Positions 28,602-39,156 are shown, numbered from the stretch's first letter. The stretch: 64,000 nt of DNA from Candidatus Poribacteria bacterium (GCA_965215015.1 OZ244042.1:1184001-1248000), one strand, 5' to 3'. Notes: a model not told the origin generated them from the letters alone. Numbers and translations are program-made.

Positions 28602-31600
28602 TTATTGGACGTCCGCCTCAATCTGCTTCAAGGTCGCTTCAAGGAGATTAAGGTAACGTCCATATTCCGCCCAATTTCCTGTGCGTTGTGCTGCTTGTGC
28701 CGCCTCAAACTGCTCCCGCGCCTGTTTTGCCAATGCCGAAATAGATATCGATTCGGTGGCACTCACCCCTTCGGCGGCTTCATCAGCGGATAGAATATCT
28801 TGCGTCAGCGCGCCCTCCAACCGCTTGCCGAACATGTTAATCAACGCCTCATCAAGGCTCGCCCCCCATGCGACATTCTCCTTATAGCCCACAACAACGC
28901 GACGCAATTCAGGAATTGCGGCTTCTTCGTTCTCCGCTTGGATATAGATTGGCTCAACATAGAGAATCGCCTCATTCATTGGGATAATAAGTAGGTTACC
29001 GCGCAGGACGCGTGAACCCTGTGTATTCCACAAGCTAATCTGCTGGGAAATTCCAGGTTCTTGCGTAATGAAATTTTCCACCTGCATCGGTCCAGGGGCG
29101 AGCTTTCCCTTCGGGAACCGATAGACAAGCAGTTGTCCATACTGCGGTAAATCGCATCGCGCAGCAATCCAAGCGGTAAGATTCGGCTTGTTTTTCGGTG
29201 TGAAGGGGAGCATCAGAACAAATTCCGCACGTTCCTCTCCCGGTATCTTGACAACCACATAGTAAGGCGCAACCTCTTGCACATTTGTGACCGTCTCCGG
29301 CAATTGTTGGGTACGAGCAAATGGACTTGGGGGTTGCGGTGCCTGAGCGGGACGAAGACGCTCAGTGTTATCGTAAAGCTCCTCACCAATCTGCCACTGG
29401 TCTTCACTCGCGTAGAACGTTATCGGATCCTTCATGTGATAATCCTGATACATTTGCGCCTGAATGCGAAACATGGTAGTCGGATAGCGGATATGCGCCT
29501 TGAGATCTGCGGGCATCTCATCGAACGATTTGAATAAGTCGGGGAAGATACGGCGATAACACTCCGCAACCGGATCTTGCTCCTGCTCCATCAGATAGAA
29601 ATTCACGCTGCCATCGTAGGCATCAATCGTGACTTTGGCGGCGTTGCGGATATAATTTCCCCACGGCCTTTCGCCACCGACGACGCGCCCCGCAGCGCGT
29701 CTGCCGCCCTGTTCCGCAATGGTTCTGCGGATGGCATCCTGCATCGGTGCGGAATAGGGATAGCGGGCGGTCGTTGTATAAGCATCAATCATCCAGATCA
29801 GCCGACCGTTGTGGATGACAAGGTACGGGTCAACATCATATTTCAGGAATGGGGCGATTTGGTTGACGCGCTCTTTTATGTTTCGATTGTAGAGAACCCG
29901 ACTCGTTGATTGGATTTCACCGGGCAGGATGAAATTGAGCGCGTTGTTGAATTTCAGCATGTACGCAAACTTTCGCAAGAACGAAGAGAGTTTGACACCC
30001 CCCTCGCCTTGGTAAGAGTATTTGGCGAAATCTTGTCCAAACGTTTCGGGGTAATCAAACTCAAGGCTCTCTAATCGGTCTGGGTGGACGATGACATAAT
30101 GGTTGGTGCGCTCGCCGTAGTAAATTCGGGGACCAGGGTTGTCGTTAAACCGATATGACCATTCAGGTTCGTAATTGATTGGATCCATATCTCGAATGTA
30201 CATCTTCGGCTTCCCGTCCAGGATTTCGTTCACAGGACTTAGCACTGCTCCATAGCCGTGGGTATAGACGTAAGTGCGCTTAAACCAGTCCCGACTCACT
30301 TCACGGTCCAAATCGTTGATATTCAGTTCACGCCCGGCAAGCATCACCTGTCGAGGTTCACCGCTTTCCATCGTGTAACGATCGATATCTACGTCGGGAA
30401 AATCGTATTGTGAACGCAACTCCTGCAGCTGGCGGAAAGTTCGCCGCAGCGGACGCCAATCCCAAAGCCGGATGCTGTTAATCACCGCCGCATTCTCCTG
30501 CCCCGTGATGTTATCATAAGACAATTCCCCCATCAAAGGGTACTCCGTCTCTGTCACGGTGCTATCCTCCAAATCATACGCGTGCAGCGTTGCCCTGATA
30601 TTATAGTTGATATATCTGCTCTCAAGTTCCTGCTTACTCGGTTCAACTTTCAGCTTTTGAACGATACGGGGATAAGCTTGTCCCATAAAGGCAACAAGTA
30701 TCAGAACAATAACGCTCCCAACAGCGAAGGAGATACGTCGTAGAAAGATGCTGATGAAGAAGATCAGCGCACAGGCGGTGGTCAGCGCGAGCAGTATCCA
30801 TAACACAGGCAGCCGTGCCTGTATCGCTGCGTAACCGCCCCCACTCCGCACAACATCGTTGGTCGTGTAGAGCAGGTCATACATCACAAACTGATAGTTC
30901 CATGCACGAAACAGCAATGTCAACCCAATCAGTATAAACAGATGAGTCTTGACGCGCTGCGGCGGTGCGAAGCGGTTATCCTCATTAATGAGTAGTCCGT
31001 GAAAAAAGTAGAGTACCCCCGTAAACAGGGTGACTAACATGAATAGACCGAAAAGATAACCACAGATCAGCCGTTCCAAGGGCATCCGAAAAACATAGTA
31101 GCTGACATTCTTATTGAAAACGGGATCCCGCGCAGTGCCGACCAAAACCGCATCTTCAGTAGCATCGAAGCTAAGCCCTTGGTTTAATGCAATTCTAACG
31201 CTCCCATCACCAGCCGGACTTATCGAGCGGATTTTCGCGCTATGACTGCTATCTTCCTCTTCGATTGTAACCGCATCCCCTACTTTAAGTCCTTTTGCAC
31301 TATATTCCAATTCAGAAATAAGGACCTCTGTCGTATCCCGATTTGCCGGTGCATCGAGCGACGTTGCGGATTGAAAGGAAAGATTACTAGCGTTTGAATA
31401 GCGGAGAAATTGCTCCCAGTAGTCTGTCGAGGCATAACCGCCCACGATACTCCCTCCAATCGCCAAGAGTGTCAGTACCACATAAACAGCTTTTCGGAGG
31501 TTAAAATCGGGCATCCCTTCAAGGGGGATCGATTCGACCAGCGTTGGACTCAGTCGAGGGGGGGTAAAGCGATACAGCAGATAGAGATTGGTGAGGGTTA

Positions 31601-31793
31601 CCGCAAGAAAGAAACCACCGACAACAATTCCCAACCCTATTTTTGTCAGTAGCACCTTTTTGTAAATGGCGAGATAGCCGACCATATCAAACCAGAGCAG
31701 GTCGGGATAGATTTTGACGAACAGCGCACCCCCGCCAATAATTACTACTAGAACAACAAGGGTAATAATCAATCGAGTCAAGTTTGCTTGCAT
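28602..31793 (-). CDS. UPF0182 family membrane protein
   Basis: LWF, DPVF, IRLWD, DIDRY, YTHGYG, PRIYYGE, NYIRN and LYVEP motifs. Confidence 0.95.
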   Translation of the reverse strand: MQANLTRLIITLVVLVVIIGGGALFVKIYPDLLWFDMVGYLAIYKKVLLTKIGLGIVVGGFFLAVTLTNLYLLYRFTPPRLSPTLVESIPLEGMPDFNLRKAVYVVLTLLAIGGSIVGGYASTDYWEQFLRYSNASNLSFQSATSLDAPANRDTTEVLISELEYSAKGLKVGDAVTIEEEDSSHSAKIRSISPAGDGSVRIALNQGLSFDATEDAVLVGTARDPVFNKNVSYYVFRMPLERLICGYLFGLFMLVTLFTGVLYFFHGLLINEDNRFAPPQRVKTHLFILIGLTLLFRAWNYQFVMYDLLYTTNDVVRSGGGYAAIQARLPVLWILLALTTACALIFFISIFLRRISFAVGSVIVLILVAFMGQAYPRIVQKLKVEPSKQELESRYINYNIRATLHAYDLEDSTVTETEYPLMGELSYDNITGQENAAVINSIRLWDWRPLRRTFRQLQELRSQYDFPDVDIDRYTMESGEPRQVMLAGRELNINDLDREVSRDWFKRTYVYTHGYGAVLSPVNEILDGKPKMYIRDMDPINYEPEWSYRFNDNPGPRIYYGERTNHYVIVHPDRLESLEFDYPETFGQDFAKYSYQGEGGVKLSSFLRKFAYMLKFNNALNFILPGEIQSTSRVLYNRNIKERVNQIAPFLKYDVDPYLVIHNGRLIWMIDAYTTTARYPYSAPMQDAIRRTIAEQGGRRAAGRVVGGERPWGNYIRNAAKVTIDAYDGSVNFYLMEQEQDPVAECYRRIFPDLFKSFDEMPADLKAHIRYPTTMFRIQAQMYQDYHMKDPITFYASEDQWQIGEELYDNTERLRPAQAPQPPSPFARTQQLPETVTNVQEVAPYYVVVKIPGEERAEFVLMLPFTPKNKPNLTAWIAARCDLPQYGQLLVYRFPKGKLAPGPMQVENFITQEPGISQQISLWNTQGSRVLRGNLLIIPMNEAILYVEPIYIQAENEEAAIPELRRVVVGYKENVAWGASLDEALINMFGKRLEGALTQDILSADEAAEGVSATESISISALAKQAREQFEAAQAAQRTGNWAEYGRYLNLLEATLKQIEADVQ

Positions 31794-31884
31794 ACATTCC
31801 TTCCTTAAGTAAGAGTGAGCTAGAGTGCCTAGCTATAGGATTTACACACTTCAGTAGAGAACAACAATCGTCGTTCCTTACAGG

Positions 31885-34827
31885 CTAAAATGCCTGACCT
31901 AAACCGAAATGGAACGTTGTATCCGGATCGATACTAGCGAGATCTGTGCGACGTGCTACGTCAAAGTCGAGCGAGAAAAACCCAAGCTGCAATCGAAGTC
32001 CAACGCCAATTGAACCTTTGGCATCATCAAGGCGAAGTCGATTGCCCTCGCGTCGGAGCAAGTGGTAGCGGTTGTCGGAATCAAATTCACCGTCCGACCA
32101 AACCGTTCCGAAGTCCGCGAAGATAATCCCACGAATGCCGCCAATTGCCCACGAAAAGGGCCAACCGAAACGAAGCTCGTCTATAAACGGAATCCGAAGC
32201 TCAAAGTTCAACAACCCCATCCGCGTCCCAATCAGTTCTTCATAACTATAACCGCGTAGTGTATCAATGCCACCAAGGTAAAATAACGACTTATCTCTGG
32301 CAAAACTCCCGCCGAGCAGCAAACGGGTTGCGAAGGTCGAACGCCTGCCGAGCTTAAAGTATCGACGGAGGTCAAAAATGAGGTTGGTTAACTCCAAATC
32401 GCTCCCGGTCGCACGAGATGACTTCTCAAGGGTCAGATTATAACGAGTACCGCTATAGGGGCCGAACACCTGCCATCGTGTCGTGTCGCTAACCAGGGAG
32501 AGAGTTGCAAGCATCAGAAGCCCACGATTATCTTCGTAATCCGTCTCAAATCTGAAAGCGTAGGGAGTGGAATACATCAACAACTGTAACTCCGCGCGAC
32601 GATACCGATTGAAAGGATAGGTGACAGAACCGGCAATGCCCGTTAAACGTTGCGAGACACGGCGACGATTCCGGGTCGTCCCCAACAGGTGATACTCATG
32701 AAAATTAAAAAGGGAGGCACCAAAATCTGCACGGCGCGAAAGGGAACCGTACCGGGCAATGAAGTCCGGCGCAAGGAAACCTGACTGATTCTGAACACTC
32801 AATCCCAAGCGATGATTCCCCATCATATCGCTCGCGACCAGCTCCGTCGAGTTGCGTAGTATACCGTCAGCACCGAGACTGAAGTTTGTAAAAATAGCAT
32901 CCAAGCCAATCTTCGTGCCGTACTTCCGATGCCCGATTCGGCGCTGTTTTCTTTCCGTAGGCTGTATGGCAATGGTCTCAATTTCAGAGGGGGGTATCTC
33001 AATCTTTTCATTAAGTGCCTTCTCCGCCTCCATGACATAAACATCCTGCTTACCCGATTGGTAAGCACCAAACAGGAGGTGCTTACGGTCTGGTGAAAAA
33101 CTCGGATTGAAACAGCCAGTGATGATATTGGTCAGCCGCGTGAGGTCGGTGCCGTCCGATTGCACAGTACACACGTCATAGACACCACCCATATCTGAGC
33201 AGAAAAGCAGCTGCTCCCCACCGTCCGTCCAACGAGGATTAACCGCATTGTACTCACCGTGCGTCAACTGTCTTGAGGTTTGACCGTTGACATCAATAAC
33301 AATTAGCTCGTACTTACCCCCTCGTTCCGAGGTATAGGCTCGCTCCGATGCGTAAACAATCTCTTCCTTCGTTGGATGCCATGAGGGATGGCTATCGTCA
33401 AAGGGATCATTTGTCAGGCGTGTCAGCTCTTCTGTCGCTAGGTTTATAATAAATAGGTCAGTTTGCCCCCTACTGAGCGCAGAAAAAACAATCCGCTCAC
33501 CGCTGCTGTCATAGTTTGGCGAACCAGCAGCATCGAAGTTGAGCTTGATGCGGCGTTCCAGTTGCTTACTGATGATGTTTACCTCAAGCAGATACTCCGA
33601 TTCGCGGTGCTTGGCGATAAAGGCGATACGGTCACCATCCGGAGACCATGCTAACCCACTACCGTCGCTCCGAATCTCTTCATATTTACTCCCAAAAAAA
33701 TCTTTGCTTATACGTTCCAGGCGGCTGCCATCTCTGGCAGACGCAAGAACAATTTCACTAAATCCATCGTTACCTGTGATATAAGCGATAAGGTCCCCGC
33801 TAGGAGACCAAATCGGTTTCACGTTATGCGAATAACGTGATTTCTCTGTCAAGTTCTTGGCGATTGAGTCAGGCATATCCTTGTGATCGATCATTGGCCA
33901 ATACTTCTTCTGCACCGTCAAACGCCAGTCTTTATCAAACTGTTCAAGACTAACACCGATCACGTTCTGGAAGGCCTGGTTGAGATCCTTGGTACGGATA
34001 TGACGCAGTTCGTGCATAATTTGCCCAATCTTATCCCGCCCATAAGTCTCAACAAAATATGCCACAGCGGACTGCCCCATCTTATATCCCAAAAACACCT
34101 GCGATCCGAGTATCCGAAAATCCTGAAGCCGCGTCAAGGGAACTATACGATTGGCAATGCTGGCATCTCTTAATACCATCTCTCCAACGGCATCATTATC
34201 ATTACCAAAATAATCTGCTGTCCCCTCCATAAACCAGATTGGGGGGCTATACAGAAACTCACCGCTATAAAAATGCCCCGCAGGCTTCTGATAAATGATA
34301 TCATACTGAAAGATGTGGACCAATTCGTGAAAAATGACCTCACGAAATGCCGACATAGAGCCGGTGAAAGGGATAACCATACGCCGCTTAAAGAGCTCTG
34401 CAAAACCGCCGACACCTTCATGCAGCTCAGCCAGCGTAATATTGGTCTCCTGAAAATCTTTGTGGGATTGATATAAAATCAGTGGTGTCCGATCCCTAAG
34501 CTCGTGCTCAAAATCCTCGCTATGTTTCTCGTAAGCCTCCTCAACAGTGTCCGCCATGATAGAGACCAGCTGCTCCTCGCCCGGATAGTAGTAGATATCA
34601 AAATGATCTGTCCGGTGAATCAGCCAATCAAAATCCTGGTCCGTCACCTTATTCTTACCAAAGCCTTGCGCCCAACCACTGCTAACCGAAAGGAAAAGGG
34701 GCAGTAAAAAAACAAGCAGGAGAGAAAAGGAGAAAAATCTCCCGTTTTCATCGCGTCTTTGCGTCTTTGCGTCTTTACCTTGCCTTTGTAATCTGTGATG
34801 TCTATGATATCCGCGATCGGTTTTCAT
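31885..34827 (-). CDS. Peptidase MA-like + PD40/TolB propeller + BamA/Omp85-type beta-barrel protein
   Basis: QGFGKNKV, HELVH..WFMEG, WSPSG/WSPDG repeats, LRGY motif, C-terminal Phe; start uncertain. Confidence 0.88.
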   Translation of the reverse strand: MKTDRGYHRHHRLQRQGKDAKTQRRDENGRFFSFSLLLVFLLPLFLSVSSGWAQGFGKNKVTDQDFDWLIHRTDHFDIYYYPGEEQLVSIMADTVEEAYEKHSEDFEHELRDRTPLILYQSHKDFQETNITLAELHEGVGGFAELFKRRMVIPFTGSMSAFREVIFHELVHIFQYDIIYQKPAGHFYSGEFLYSPPIWFMEGTADYFGNDNDAVGEMVLRDASIANRIVPLTRLQDFRILGSQVFLGYKMGQSAVAYFVETYGRDKIGQIMHELRHIRTKDLNQAFQNVIGVSLEQFDKDWRLTVQKKYWPMIDHKDMPDSIAKNLTEKSRYSHNVKPIWSPSGDLIAYITGNDGFSEIVLASARDGSRLERISKDFFGSKYEEIRSDGSGLAWSPDGDRIAFIAKHRESEYLLEVNIISKQLERRIKLNFDAAGSPNYDSSGERIVFSALSRGQTDLFIINLATEELTRLTNDPFDDSHPSWHPTKEEIVYASERAYTSERGGKYELIVIDVNGQTSRQLTHGEYNAVNPRWTDGGEQLLFCSDMGGVYDVCTVQSDGTDLTRLTNIITGCFNPSFSPDRKHLLFGAYQSGKQDVYVMEAEKALNEKIEIPPSEIETIAIQPTERKQRRIGHRKYGTKIGLDAIFTNFSLGADGILRNSTELVASDMMGNHRLGLSVQNQSGFLAPDFIARYGSLSRRADFGASLFNFHEYHLLGTTRNRRRVSQRLTGIAGSVTYPFNRYRRAELQLLMYSTPYAFRFETDYEDNRGLLMLATLSLVSDTTRWQVFGPYSGTRYNLTLEKSSRATGSDLELTNLIFDLRRYFKLGRRSTFATRLLLGGSFARDKSLFYLGGIDTLRGYSYEELIGTRMGLLNFELRIPFIDELRFGWPFSWAIGGIRGIIFADFGTVWSDGEFDSDNRYHLLRREGNRLRLDDAKGSIGVGLRLQLGFFSLDFDVARRTDLASIDPDTTFHFGLGQAF

Positions 34828-34829
34828 TA

Positions 34830-35544
34830 GAATCTTCGGGATAGAGCCCCTATCCTTTAGATTGGGGAGGAAATCCCGCCTCTTTTTTATTAGAAGTTAC
34901 GCACTTGAGTTTGTAGTCGCGCCATTCAACCCGCGTCTTTAGGGTAGTAAGCATACACCGTATGCCGCTTTCTCCCTCGCTTGCGGGTTGCGGCCCCGCT
35001 TGCGTTCTTTCCCCTCCGCAAGCAGGGGAAGAGAACCGGGTGGGTATTCGGGATTTGAGGGGAAACGGCGCAGCGGAGTGTGCCGACTCCTGTCGGATGA
35101 ACTGTAGTTGCCCGATTCATCGGGCGTTGAGAGTTGTCCTGTATGGCGATGAATCACCATACTACAAATTGCTTTGAGTGTTCAACTGCGTTAAATCCAA
35201 TCAGTAACTCGGTGACTTAGGAAAAGTGCTCGTTTTTCGCTCTTCTCCCAACGTAGCGGTTGGAAGACTGTTGTGTGTCTGAGGTTTACCCGGAAGGTGA
35301 ACCCGTGATACCACCGCTACCCGGAGAATCCTCCTAAAAGGAAGCGACTTCCCTTCTTCTCCCCGCTTGCGGGGCGGGGTGGAAGGACGACACCTTATCC
35401 GTGGGGAGAAGCCCCCCGGCCCCGTAAACGGGGTGTCGTTCCGATCGGTTGCGGGTATGTAAAGTTACGAGCCGAGACCGAGAAACTCAGTAAATCCCGG
35501 GGAACGGGCAACAAGCCCTATCCTTTCAGGGCAGGGTAGTTGAC
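34830..35544. mobile_element. ORF-less IS200/IS605-derived element (left- and right-end-like hairpins) carrying REP-like repeats
   Basis: Hairpin AGCCCCTATCCTTTAGATTGGGG at 34845 and terminal CAAGCCCTATCCTTTCAGGGCAGGGTAGTTGAC at 35512-35544; no credible ORF between them. Confidence 0.55.
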
Positions 35545-36311
35545 TATCTCACTAAAAACCTTTCCTCCTGTTCATAGTGCGGTGCAACTTGGCGAGTGAA
35601 CTCCGAGATCGCTTGTCGCGCTAAACTTTTTAGGATACCGTCATGCGGCGTGACCTCTGAAATAAGGAATGAACTAACACTATGCGAGTGGAACGCACGC
35701 CGTTCATACGTGTCATCCCGTATAATCTCCTCCGGGTCTACACCGGCAATGACGATTCTCAACGAAAGGATGTAGGTCTTCTCAAGGTAATCCTGATAAT
35801 CGGTGACATATCGTTGAAGCGTTCTGGAATAACGTTCCCCGTAGTAACGCCTCGGTTGACTCACTGCAAAGAAGTTATAGCTGCCCGCGATGACTGCATC
35901 AACTTCAAAATACTGACCAATACGCACCAACTCTGACACATCCACCAATAGGTCTTTATCAAGGGTTTCATTGGAAAATAGCCGCAGCGTATCCTGTGTA
36001 CTAACAACGTCTAGGTTTTGATTCCGTCCTAATCCAATTCGCATCAAGGACGCAATCTCCGTACCTGTCTCGTCAGAAGCCGCTATCCGTTGATGCTTTG
36101 AATCCTTCGCTTCAATAAATGGCAGCACCGCAAAACCTGAATACTTAGTGACGTCAATTGTGGACTCAACCTGAATTTTGATCGGTACCCGTTTTACCGA
36201 CGATGCACAACCCCAATAGATACCCAGACATAAGAGCATGGGCAGCATCGTAACGATGAACCGGATTCTCTGGATTTGGGTTGATTTGCGGATCTGTTGG
36301 TTTGTGTTCAT
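35544..36311 (-). CDS. Putative lipoprotein (CsgG/TolB-N-like alpha/beta domain)
   Basis: Hydrophobic signal ending WGC; FAVLPF..VDAVIAGS pattern. Confidence 0.7.
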   Translation of the reverse strand: MNTNQQIRKSTQIQRIRFIVTMLPMLLCLGIYWGCASSVKRVPIKIQVESTIDVTKYSGFAVLPFIEAKDSKHQRIAASDETGTEIASLMRIGLGRNQNLDVVSTQDTLRLFSNETLDKDLLVDVSELVRIGQYFEVDAVIAGSYNFFAVSQPRRYYGERYSRTLQRYVTDYQDYLEKTYILSLRIVIAGVDPEEIIRDDTYERRAFHSHSVSSFLISEVTPHDGILKSLARQAISEFTRQVAPHYEQEERFLVR

Positions 36312-36328
36312 CTGTTTGACGATTCATT

Positions 36329-36772
36329 TTAAGATTCGGGTTGCTGTGAATCCCGATCTAATTGGGGCTGATCTGATGTCTCCGCTTTTTCTGCGGGGGA
36401 TGGCTTCACGCGGTTGCGCTGAACATGCAGTCGACACTTCCTGTAATTGAAGCGATAGTACCTATTATCGGGTTCTAATTCTGTTGCACGCTCATACGCC
36501 TCCATGGCTTCGTCAATCTTGCCCACCGCTTCGTAAGCGACGCCTAAATTATTGTATGCCTTCGCATTTTGCGGTTCAATCCTTAAAATGTACTGCAAGC
36601 GGAAAATCGCTTCGTTCCACAGCTGTAACTCCGCAGATTTAATCGCAAATTGATTATACTGCTCGATCGTCGGTTGAGTCTGTAAGGACCCACACGAAAT
36701 TATTACACAAGGAATAACAAGAAAGAATAAACATATACGAACTGACAAACTAAATTCCACCTTTCCGAGCAA
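36329..36772 (-). CDS. TPR lipoprotein
   Basis: Signal ending ISC; AYNNLGVAYEAVGKIDEAMEAYERATELEP. Confidence 0.85.
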   Translation of the reverse strand: MLGKVEFSLSVRICLFFLVIPCVIISCGSLQTQPTIEQYNQFAIKSAELQLWNEAIFRLQYILRIEPQNAKAYNNLGVAYEAVGKIDEAMEAYERATELEPDNRYYRFNYRKCRLHVQRNRVKPSPAEKAETSDQPQLDRDSQQPES

Positions 36773-36979
36773 TACATTCTACACAAACTCAATTAATCAG
36801 TCAAGCCAAAAGAATGATAGCAAAAATATTTAATGGGTAATACCTGTAAAGAGAGGGAAATCTTTTTCCTTTTAATTTCCTCTATTCTATACTACAATTA
36901 TGAGACATATTTTGTGACGGTTGCAGAGAACTCCTACACTCAAAAATCTGCAATAGCGTATACCACAAAGGAGAAACAA

Positions 36980-37531
36980 ATGGCAGTCCAACGTTTATCA
37001 GTTACTCAAATTGAAGCCCAGATGGATCAATTAACACAGAGTCCCCAAGACCTCGGCAGCCTCGAATATATCGTCCTTCGCCTGCCCGACGAACAGCGAG
37101 CAACCCGCCAAGAAGCGGAGGTCAGCCCCGATGGCGGGCTTGATGGAGACCGCTGGGCACGACCGAACAGTCCAAATCCGGGTGCCCAAATATCTGTGAT
37201 GAATTCTCGATTTCTCAGGATAATCGCCGGGGACGATGCCCGAATGCCCCTCGCCGGTGATAACCTACTCGTTGACTTGGATCTGAGCGAGGAGAATCTC
37301 CCCGCCGGCACTCAATTACAGATCGGCACCGCCACTTTTGAAGTCACAGATGTTCCACATACCGGCTGTCAAAAATTCCAACGCCGATATGGCAAAGATG
37401 CGCTTGATGTGGTCAACGCAGAAACCCATAAGCCCCAACGACTCCGCGGCCTGTTTATACGCACAATCCAAGCAGGAAAAATCCAAGTTGGAGATTCTAT
37501 CCGTAAGCTAACTGCTGCCAATCCCCACTAA
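36980..37531 (+). CDS. MOSC domain protein
   Basis: GLDGDRW, AGDNL, PHTGCQKF and LRG motifs; AAGGAG RBS. Confidence 0.88.
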   Translation: MAVQRLSVTQIEAQMDQLTQSPQDLGSLEYIVLRLPDEQRATRQEAEVSPDGGLDGDRWARPNSPNPGAQISVMNSRFLRIIAGDDARMPLAGDNLLVDLDLSEENLPAGTQLQIGTATFEVTDVPHTGCQKFQRRYGKDALDVVNAETHKPQRLRGLFIRTIQAGKIQVGDSIRKLTAANPH

Positions 37532-37669
37532 CGTTTCCGTTCAGCGGTGCATCTATACATTCCCATATAGCTTGGGGGTGCTCATAAAGTAGTGGACACG
37601 CTCCGCGTGCTGTAACCCCCACAACTTTCCAGATTTTAACAAAAATTCACTTTAGGGTTAAATCTCCGA

Positions 37670-38105
37670 TTGCTAATAGGGGGCTTTAGGTTTGGGATAC
37701 AATCGTGCTTTAGCGTTTTTTCTTGCTTTTGAAAGCGTCTTGTGCTATATTTTCTTTTAAACACTATCAGTGGTCCGCGTTCCAGTGGCGTGCTAGGGTC
37801 AAGCCAACCACCCCCGACTAGAACCGGGATAATGAAGTTGAAGTTTTCCACACAGAAATGGGAAACTAAATATCAAAGAAAGAATCTTGAGGGGACACTA
37901 GTCTGAACGAATTCTTCCACACTTGGGTGGTTGTGCGTTAGGGCCGGCACCGCGTACTAGACATACGTGTAACCGTGTAAACGCCTCACGGGAGTTCGCT
38001 ATAAACGAATAAGAAAAACCACTTTGGCGGAAGATCCTACGCATTGTTTATTTGTACCGGAGAAGCTGGAAAGAATCCCAATGCTTCAGCTTTGGGAGCG
38101 GTCAA
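37670..38105 (+). mobile_element. ORF-less IS200/IS605-type remnant with a putative structured (omegaRNA-like) RNA
   Basis: Right-end-like GAATCCCAATGCTTCAGCTTTGGGAGCGGTCAA; TTGAAA..TGCTATATT promoter near 37730-37750; long-range pairs CAACCACCC/GGGTGGTTG and GACTAG/CTAGTC. Confidence 0.5.
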
Positions 38106-38149
38106 CTTGATTCTTTCAAGACGGATATGATAAAATTAGAAACCCTTTT

Positions 38150-38233
38150 GCCGGAGTGGTGAAATCGGTAGACGCGCTGGACTCAAAATCCAGTGAGCTT
38201 AGGCTCGTGTCGGTTCGAGTCCGACCTCCGGCA
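38150..38233 (+). tRNA. tRNA-Leu(CAA)
   Basis: Cloverleaf, anticodon loop CTCAAAA, long variable arm, GGTTCGAGTCC; no encoded CCA. Confidence 0.96.
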
Positions 38234-38240
38234 TTGACCC

Positions 38241-38275
38241 GCCATATAGCCTGTTGAGGCTATATGGCTTTTTTT
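38241..38275 (+). terminator. Intrinsic terminator after tRNA-Leu
   Basis: GCCATATAGCCT-gttg-AGGCTATATGGC followed by T7. Confidence 0.88.
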
Positions 38276-38276
38276 G

Positions 38277-39113
38277 TCACGACCACACAAAAATCTCATG
38301 ATCGTCCGAAGAATAGCCAATGAACACCGCCAGAACAATTCGAGGATTATTCCCCTCCACCGGAGGAACTTCGTGGATGCAACGGGTGTTGAAGAAATAC
38401 AAATCGCCCGGCGAGAGTTCGACCCGACACTTTTCGATACCGTTTTCAGCGGCGTACTCGTGAAAGGTGCCCTCAGCAATATGTGGCTGCACCTCCTCCG
38501 TCCACAAACATCGGTGCAAAATCGCCTGCGTTCCTGTGTCAAATTCATCCGCGTTTTGCAGACACAGTACACCCGCAAATTGGTGCTCAAAACGGTATAC
38601 GGCGTAATCGGTCCGTGCTTCCCGCAGCCTCACATGATCAATGTGAGGTAGGTAGAGCTGGGTGTGATAATGGATACGAAAAATCGCAGGTCCATAACGG
38701 CGACCATCTGGCTCGTATGCTGTTCTGACCTTTTTGCTCGGTGCAAGATCCGACAGCGCGTTGTAAATGAGGTCCACTGGATTGTCAAATCCCTCAAATA
38801 GGAATTTGAACAGGTGATGCGTGGCTTCCGAATGTTGGAAGAAACGCTCTTGGTCCTTCCCTCGAATCCCTAGACTCGTGCCGATGTCGGTTCTCACCCG
38901 TTCGTCTCCACCATACGCGCTATCTTCTGGGTTACGCGCCAGTCCCATGTTGTAGAACCGTTGGATCAGTGGAGTACATTGATCTGGGTCATAAGCGCCT
39001 CGAAACATGATAGCAGGCATCTCTGCCTGAGACAAGGCATAAAGCGGGTCCGTATAATGCGCCCGAATCGTCTCCAAATCCGGCTCAACCGGTATCCAAT
39101 TTTCCACAGCCAT
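38277..39113 (-). CDS. Putative 2OG-Fe(II) oxygenase
   Basis: PHID, PGDLYFFN..IHEV..R pattern; GGAGG RBS. Confidence 0.75.
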   Translation of the reverse strand: MAVENWIPVEPDLETIRAHYTDPLYALSQAEMPAIMFRGAYDPDQCTPLIQRFYNMGLARNPEDSAYGGDERVRTDIGTSLGIRGKDQERFFQHSEATHHLFKFLFEGFDNPVDLIYNALSDLAPSKKVRTAYEPDGRRYGPAIFRIHYHTQLYLPHIDHVRLREARTDYAVYRFEHQFAGVLCLQNADEFDTGTQAILHRCLWTEEVQPHIAEGTFHEYAAENGIEKCRVELSPGDLYFFNTRCIHEVPPVEGNNPRIVLAVFIGYSSDDHEIFVWS

Positions 39114-39156
39114 ATAATCCCTCCACTTTTCGATGAATTGCCCCTTATCTAAATCT

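Noticed and set aside
28323-28793. 156-aa plus-strand ORF over the candidate selenoprotein
   Set aside because: Antisense to UPF0182 and to the RBS-supported minus-strand gene; no motifs
34926-35177. Short ORFs in the 34.9-35.2 kb intergenic region
   Set aside because: They lie within GC-rich palindromic repeats
38150-38233. tRNA-Leu as the attachment site of an integrated island
   Set aside because: No integrase and no duplicated tRNA 3' end seen in the window
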